Positions 62,590 through 64,000 of a stretch of DNA of 64,000 nucleotides are shown in pieces (the stretch's first letter is position 1; each line of letters begins with the position of its first letter). A program made the position numbers and the translations under genes. Below the pieces are notes generated by a model that saw only the letters and a program-made list of their open reading frames with translations, searched no databases and was not told the DNA's origin. Origin of the DNA: Iphione sp. A-MEVVRFRX5 (taxonomy: Eukaryota); the NCBI GenBank assembly GCA_976226885.1, contig OZ320322.1, forward strand, positions 28,582,001-28,646,000. Direction: 5' to 3'.

Positions 62590-63650
62590 CGTGCGTGCGC
62601 GTTGTTGTTAGTCTGCCGGATCCCCTCTTTGACAATAGAGACAACGGAGCCGGTTTGAAGATCGACGCCTTCATCCTGCATGTGGCAGAGCATTCTAATA
62701 TGCAATGGTTTTCAAACATGGCCATCTAACGCATCCTTGCACACGAATACACCGAACCCTCACACAGCCATTCATTCACTTTCTTCCACGAAAAATACAT
62801 TTAAAGTATGGCATTGATGAATCGGAATTGATTCTGATTGTGTAAACCATCGGTTTTAAAACTGCAAGACATGATATATGCGCGAGAATGACTGTGTCCT
62901 TTCTCTTTGTCTCGGTGTTCGGAATGGATCTGTCTGTGTCTTTGTTTGTCCGTCTTTCTGTCTTTCTGCATGTGTATGTGTGTATGTATGTACGTACGTA
63001 CGTACGCACGTCTGGTGGACTGGACGTGATAATGACAAGGTGTGGACTGCACCAGTCGCCTGCCGACTGGCCTTGACACGTTGGCTGACCTACCCCCGGA
63101 GTCAGACACGGCCTATGAGTCTTCCTTCACTCTGCCATGCCCGTTCGGCGCCACCCCAGCGAACGTGACGGTGACTTGCAGGGCCTCCGGTTTATGGGGC
63201 TTTTCCGACAGCTGCCGTAGTAAGTGCCCCTATGCACCGTGCCTCTGCCTCCAACAACTCGTTAATTCAGATATTGTGCCATTCTGGAGCCAAAACCGTC
63301 TACATAGGTGAAAATGGGTCTAAGTTCGTTTCGATACTCAGATTCTTCGTATTCTAATTCGGTTAAGCATTCGTACATCGATATCTCAAGGTAGCATGCA
63401 CCTTGTGTGGCTGGACCATTCAGGTGCGATTTGCCCCACGTGTAGAACATCCCTCGTGATTAGACGTTGTTCGGTGACTTGCCATAAATCATAGCCCTGT
63501 TTACAGATGCGCCAGCTTGCCCGGTACGTGAGAATCCCCCTATCCCGTGTGGAAACATGCCCGACCTGTGTACTGATAACATTCAATGTCGGTTCACTCA
63601 GCGGTGCTGCTTTGACGGCTGCCGCCGGACCTGCTCGCCGGCCGATCCGG
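1402..63650 (+). CDS. Partial multi-exon gene (no start or stop in window) for a large modular extracellular protein: Sushi x16 - Kunitz - Sushi x18 - Kunitz - Sushi x2 - WAP; about 2310 aa in window
   Basis: 69 hand-derived AG/GT exons join without an in-frame stop (6932 nt = 1+3x2310+1): 1402-1532, 1811-1856, 3551-3681, 3960-4005, 5698-5828, 6099-6144, 7842-7972, 8238-8283, 9941-10071, 10345-10390, 11315-11457, 11732-11777, 13122-13252, 13535-13580, 14269-14411, 14676-14721, 16128-16258, 16568(or 16556)-16613, 17410-17540, 17771-17816, 25150-25280, 25537-25582, 26724-26854, 28291-28336, 29125-29255, 29388-29433, 30059-30189, 30766-30811, 31531-31661, 32555-32600, 33055-33185, 34602-34772, 36231-36282, 36532-36662, 37418-37469, 37652-37782, 38209-38260, 38504-38634, 39190-39241, 39866-39996, 40466-40517, 40791-40921, 41372-41423, 41681-41811, 42275-42326, 42599-42729, 43589-43643, 43801-43931, 44552-44603, 44784-44914, 45350-45401, 45630-45760, 46346-46531, 47518-47563, 47732-47868, 51627-51672, 52247-52386, 53055-53234, 53683-53728, 55246-55376, 55785-55961, 57082-57130, 57924-58039, 59509-59682, 60073-60255, 61382-61430, 62389-62522, 63040-63219, 63507-63650. 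Joining them into a single transcript is inferred; there are no RNA data. Confidence 0.88.
8492..8715. mobile_element. 224-bp MITE with 26-bp imperfect TIRs, present in one repeat unit only
   Basis: TGATTAATTCCGCCAAAAGATGTACC vs the reverse complement of GGTACATCTGTTGGTGGAATCAGTCA match at 22/26. Sister units show the empty site ctgcatatgc (e.g. about 2058-2067). Confidence 0.8.
9660..9688. repeat. (TA)n microsatellite, expanded in one repeat unit
   Basis: About 14 TA units here versus about 5 at the homologous position in sister units (e.g. about 1139-1149). Confidence 0.95.
11446..16258 (+). repeat. Higher-order duplication of a two-Sushi cassette (about 11446-13252 vs about 14400-16258)
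   Basis: Short exons 11732 and 14676 are identical. Introns 11778-13121 and 14722-16127 are collinear and highly similar. The offset is 2944 bp, rising to 3006 bp after a local indel near 16020-16090. Confidence 0.92.
20050..20460. repeat. Degenerate 70-90-bp tandem repeat, about 5 units
   Basis: Core GTGTTTGTAGAGGG..GATGTCCCCACACCTGCAGGAG recurs at about 20077, 20157, 20229, 20319 and 20390. Confidence 0.85.
20557..20662 (-). repeat. Ngaro split direct repeat B2 (106 bp core)
   Basis: Identical to 20870-20975. Similarity extends with 2 mismatches to the CATT at 20546. Confidence 0.97.
20731..20862 (-). repeat. Ngaro split direct repeat A2 (132 bp)
   Basis: Identical to 24281-24412. Confidence 0.97.
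20870..20975 (-). repeat. Ngaro split direct repeat B1 (106 bp core)
   Basis: Identical to 20557-20662. Confidence 0.97.
20985..21935 (-). pseudogene. Ngaro tyrosine recombinase interrupted by an in-frame TGA at 21501-21503
   Basis: FYTGF*QSEL (expected G.LR.SE), then KWSKT, HSLRRTGA and GNWSSNAYYNY. The two track ORFs are in the same frame on either side of one TGA. Confidence 0.93.
21969..23852 (-). pseudogene. Ngaro pol (reverse transcriptase + RNase H) with one frameshift at about 23385-23388
   Basis: N-terminal part LNIEAW..LLQYGFPIGY..NHPSATDFP switches frame to QHVSEYIRNEI..GPF. RT motifs RRIITDMS, DIARAYKN, PFGARCSS, YLDD, WLG are present. RNase H motifs VDAC, IEAVN and ADALSR are present, but the expected cDN reads CNN. 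Confidence 0.92.
23807..23859 (-). promoter_or_regulatory. Putative -1 ribosomal frameshift signal (A AAA AAC + 5-nt spacer + stem-loop) at the gag/pol overlap
   Basis: The heptamer at 23859-23853 is correctly phased in gag, and a -1 shift enters the open pol frame. GGCACCTCTG (23847-23838) pairs with CAGAGGTACC (23816-23807) at 9 of 10 positions. Confidence 0.65.
23847..24275 (-). pseudogene. Ngaro gag, C-terminal part only (Cys/His zinc-finger region)
   Basis: Contains W..Y.FD...RNEISW and VCQAYSMAPC...HICSFC...HNHTLSVC. It abuts A1 directly and has no in-frame ATG upstream, so the 5' gag is probably deleted. Confidence 0.75.
24281..24412 (-). repeat. Ngaro split direct repeat A1 (132 bp)
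   Basis: Identical to 20731-20862. Confidence 0.97.
24849..25032. mobile_element. Degenerate Tc1/pogo-like MITE remnant with internal 14-bp inverted repeat
   Basis: AACTAGGGACACCC (24865-24878) and GGGTGTCCCTAGTT (24910-24923) form a perfect inverted repeat. The right end reads ..AAGGTCCTACTG. Ends are approximate. Confidence 0.45.
25150..33185 (+). CDS. Six more diverged split-exon Sushi domains (long exons 25150, 26724, 29125, 30059, 31531, 33055; short exons 25537, 28291, 29388, 30766, 32555)
   Basis: Example: CAPPTRPANGAIR/VNGGGVLGSTVDYNCNTGFELRGPRTRTCTATGAYDGQDPVC. Same 46+131-nt exon geometry and phases as array A. Confidence 0.9.
25944..26283. mobile_element. PIF/Harbinger-type (Tourist-like) MITE, copy 1
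   Basis: Ends GGCCTAAA..TGTGTTTCCGGTAAC and GTTACCGGAAACACA..TTTAGGCC, flanked by a TAA duplication (25941-25943, 26284-26286). Confidence 0.85.
27061..27661. mobile_element. 601-bp PIF/Harbinger-type MITE with internal minisatellites
   Basis: TIR GGCCCGGTTTCCTTAC(A/C)TGC matches at 19/20, with TTA target duplication (27058-27060, 27662-27664). Internally there is an approximately 62-bp x2 repeat plus cagtcaaaa and ccccaatgca repeats. Confidence 0.87.
28525..28735. repeat. 31-bp minisatellite with palindromic core CAGGCAAATTTGCCTG
   Basis: Cores at 28525, 28556, 28587, 28618 and 28649, decaying to about 28735. Confidence 0.85.
34602..34772 (+). CDS. Kunitz/BPTI domain exon 1 (six Cys, P1 = Phe)
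   Basis: LRCLQRRDEGPCFQFLRRYFFNPLTRRCEQFIYGGCRGNLNRFRDIRECQRICAGT has canonical Kunitz Cys spacing and FIYGGC.GN.N.F. Phase 1-1 exon with ctag/GTATAA sites. Confidence 0.95.
35519..35856. mobile_element. PIF/Harbinger-type MITE, copy 2 (same family as 25944-26283)
   Basis: TAA-GGCCCTAAAA..TGTGTTTCC ... GTTACCGGAAACACAGC..TTAGGCC-TAA. The interior is similar to copy 1 and in the same orientation. Confidence 0.82.
36231..42729 (+). CDS. Sushi array B: 7 tandem units (52-nt + 131-nt exons)
   Basis: Consensus MTDSCPSVSNPLNGRVL/VEGVVLPGTIVEFACDAGYQLQGPSSILCLLNLVYNDDPPSC. Acceptors c/tacag and catag, donors GTAAGT. Confidence 0.92.
43589..45760 (+). CDS. Three split-exon Sushi domains (43589/43801, 44552/44784, 45350/45630)
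   Basis: Example: CPDVAAPVNGNRQ/ITGDRLPSSTVQFSCNEGYLLLGPTAIVCMLNFQYNQDPPIC. Phases are consistent. Confidence 0.88.
46346..46531 (+). CDS. Single-exon (unsplit) Sushi domain
   Basis: LDCGPLPTLPNVMGTWPQGTSTRYLATYSLLCQRGFLPEYVTAFCNATGMWEVSDTC; phase 1-1, ggcag/GTGAGC. Confidence 0.85.
47518..47868 (+). CDS. Split Sushi domain (47518-47563 + 47732-47868)
   Basis: CPPVRTPDRGSQR/QEGTGVNSRVVFSCDPGLQLQGPAFLTCVRVGGQLRYDGNPPVC. Confidence 0.87.
51627..52386 (+). CDS. Split Sushi domain (51627-51672 + 52247-52386)
   Basis: CPPVNTDRPLLQQ/SSSQGEIGSQIFFSCEQGFILVGPNVINCRLIQGRAQYDSPPPQC. Confidence 0.85.
53055..53234 (+). CDS. Single-exon (unsplit) divergent Sushi domain
   Basis: IDCGPLPAVANAADDWPENPARSHRDTHSVRCQPISSNVVISATCNEQGRWLLNGSC; phase 1-1, donor GTCAGC is weak. 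Confidence 0.78.
53683..55376 (+). CDS. Split Sushi domain (53683-53728 + 55246-55376)
   Basis: CQTLRTPRNGRFT/FLQGTGDLGSVARFECDRGYTLNGQATITCQENGWTGNEPVC. Confidence 0.88.
55785..55961 (+). CDS. Single-exon (unsplit) Sushi domain
   Basis: VDCGNELPVANIVGGNVADGQTSYQAVIRRQCLDGFMPETIVFTCTERAVWVTDQQC; gcag/GTAAGT. Confidence 0.85.
57082..58039 (+). CDS. Split Sushi domain (57082-57130 + 57924-58039)
   Basis: CPRINLPDQAVMQ/LVDEVIIEFSCNPGFDMLGPGRIICRNGTWTNQPPVC. Confidence 0.85.
59509..59682 (+). CDS. Single-exon (unsplit) Sushi domain
   Basis: VDCGPFPEQPNVVNPPSTPVTTFPVTYIFTCRSGLTPETYTVVCGEDGVWRPRGQC; donor GTTTCA is weak. Confidence 0.8.
60073..60255 (+). CDS. Kunitz domain exon 2, four-Cys (two-disulfide) variant
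   Basis: ICGFRMDAGMGDASLSRYYYNATAGTCLQFTYRGSGGNGNNFRDLLECQRTCAFT keeps C5, C30, C51, C55 and the Y..N, F.Y.G..GN.NNF motifs (BPTI numbering). C14 is Gly and C38 is Ser. Confidence 0.9.
61382..62522 (+). CDS. Split Sushi domain (61382-61430 + 62389-62522)
   Basis: CPMLSTPANGNRN/VLSGDGRPQTVVEFSCNPGYRLVGSQRLTCLSNFAWDFPQPTC. Confidence 0.88.
61969..62285. repeat. Degenerate minisatellite of about 30 bp (core AGATGAGACCTAGTT)
   Basis: About 10 imperfect copies of gatgagacc-like motifs. Confidence 0.7.
62543..62600. repeat. (TG)n followed by (TGCG)n microsatellite
   Basis: Seen directly just downstream of exon 62389-62522. Confidence 0.95.
63040..63219 (+). CDS. Single-exon (unsplit) Sushi domain
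   Basis: VDCTSRLPTGLDTLADLPPESDTAYESSFTLPCPFGATPANVTVTCRASGLWGFSDSC; acaag/GTAAGT. Confidence 0.82.
63507..63650 (+). CDS. WAP (four-disulfide core) domain exon, not translated in the ORF track
   Basis: APACPVRENPPIPCGNMPDLCTDNIQCRFTQRCCFDGCRRTCSPADP has 8 Cys in WAP spacing (CP..C..C.....C.....CC..GC...C). Sites tttacag/GTAATC, phase 1-1. Confidence 0.88.
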
Positions 63651-64000
63651 GTAATCGTTATAGATTCACCACCAAGGCTGCTGCACTTCCGTGTCGTCGT
63701 TGAGCCCACCACTTTTCACTCGCAGCCAAATGTTCAAGTGGTAATCGCACTTGATTTTTGACTCTCGCCCCATCCACTTTGATGTTTCTCCCAGTTGCAT
63801 TTTCAACAGGTGTTTTTTTTTACACATGCAGTCGTGACTTTACTCTTGATGCCTTCGCCCTTCAATCCTGTCGTGATACTGAAACGTTCATTCCACCATC
63901 CGGTGAAAAGATGTGTGTGTTTTATTTATATTTTGGTCTCACTTTAATCACCACCTGTGCTCCGAACTTCCCGTGTCCAATTTAGAGGTAGAGCGTATCC

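Noticed and set aside
1402-63650. Naming the gene SVEP1, CFH, CR1, CSMD or papilin
   Set aside because: The diagnostic companion domains (VWA, EGF, pentraxin, CUB, TSP1) are not seen, and Kunitz/WAP interleaving does not match these genes.
1-64000. rRNA, tRNA or prokaryotic operon features
   Set aside because: No recognisable sequence or structure; the window is spliceosomal-intron eukaryotic DNA.

Overview
Eukaryotic, AT-rich intron/exon DNA from an animal. A marine invertebrate such as amphioxus is plausible, but that is inference only. Almost the whole window is the interior of one + strand gene whose start and end lie outside it. By hand-splicing GT-AG exons I recover 69 exons, 6932 nt and about 2310 aa with no in-frame stop. 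They encode 36 Sushi/CCP domains (the first partial), 2 Kunitz domains and 1 WAP domain. The gene has grown by tandem duplication of exon+intron cassettes: a near-identical 2149-bp array at 1-10 kb, a two-domain higher-order duplication at 11.4-16.3 kb, and an older 7-unit array at 36-42.7 kb. One intron carries a 3.87-kb Ngaro-type tyrosine-recombinase retrotransposon on the - strand, with split direct repeats A1-gag-pol-YR-B1-A2-B2; it is defective. Several MITEs and minisatellites are also present. Four observations stand out: (1) the reconstructed protein has only 3 Lys against about 130 Arg; (2) Kunitz-2 lacks the whole Cys14-Cys38 disulfide, as conkunitzins do; (3) the Ngaro gag/pol overlap has a canonical -1 frameshift cassette (A AAA AAC plus hairpin); (4) the duplicated exon arrays are CpG deserts while the rest of the gene is not. 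No rRNA, tRNA or CRISPR array is supported.
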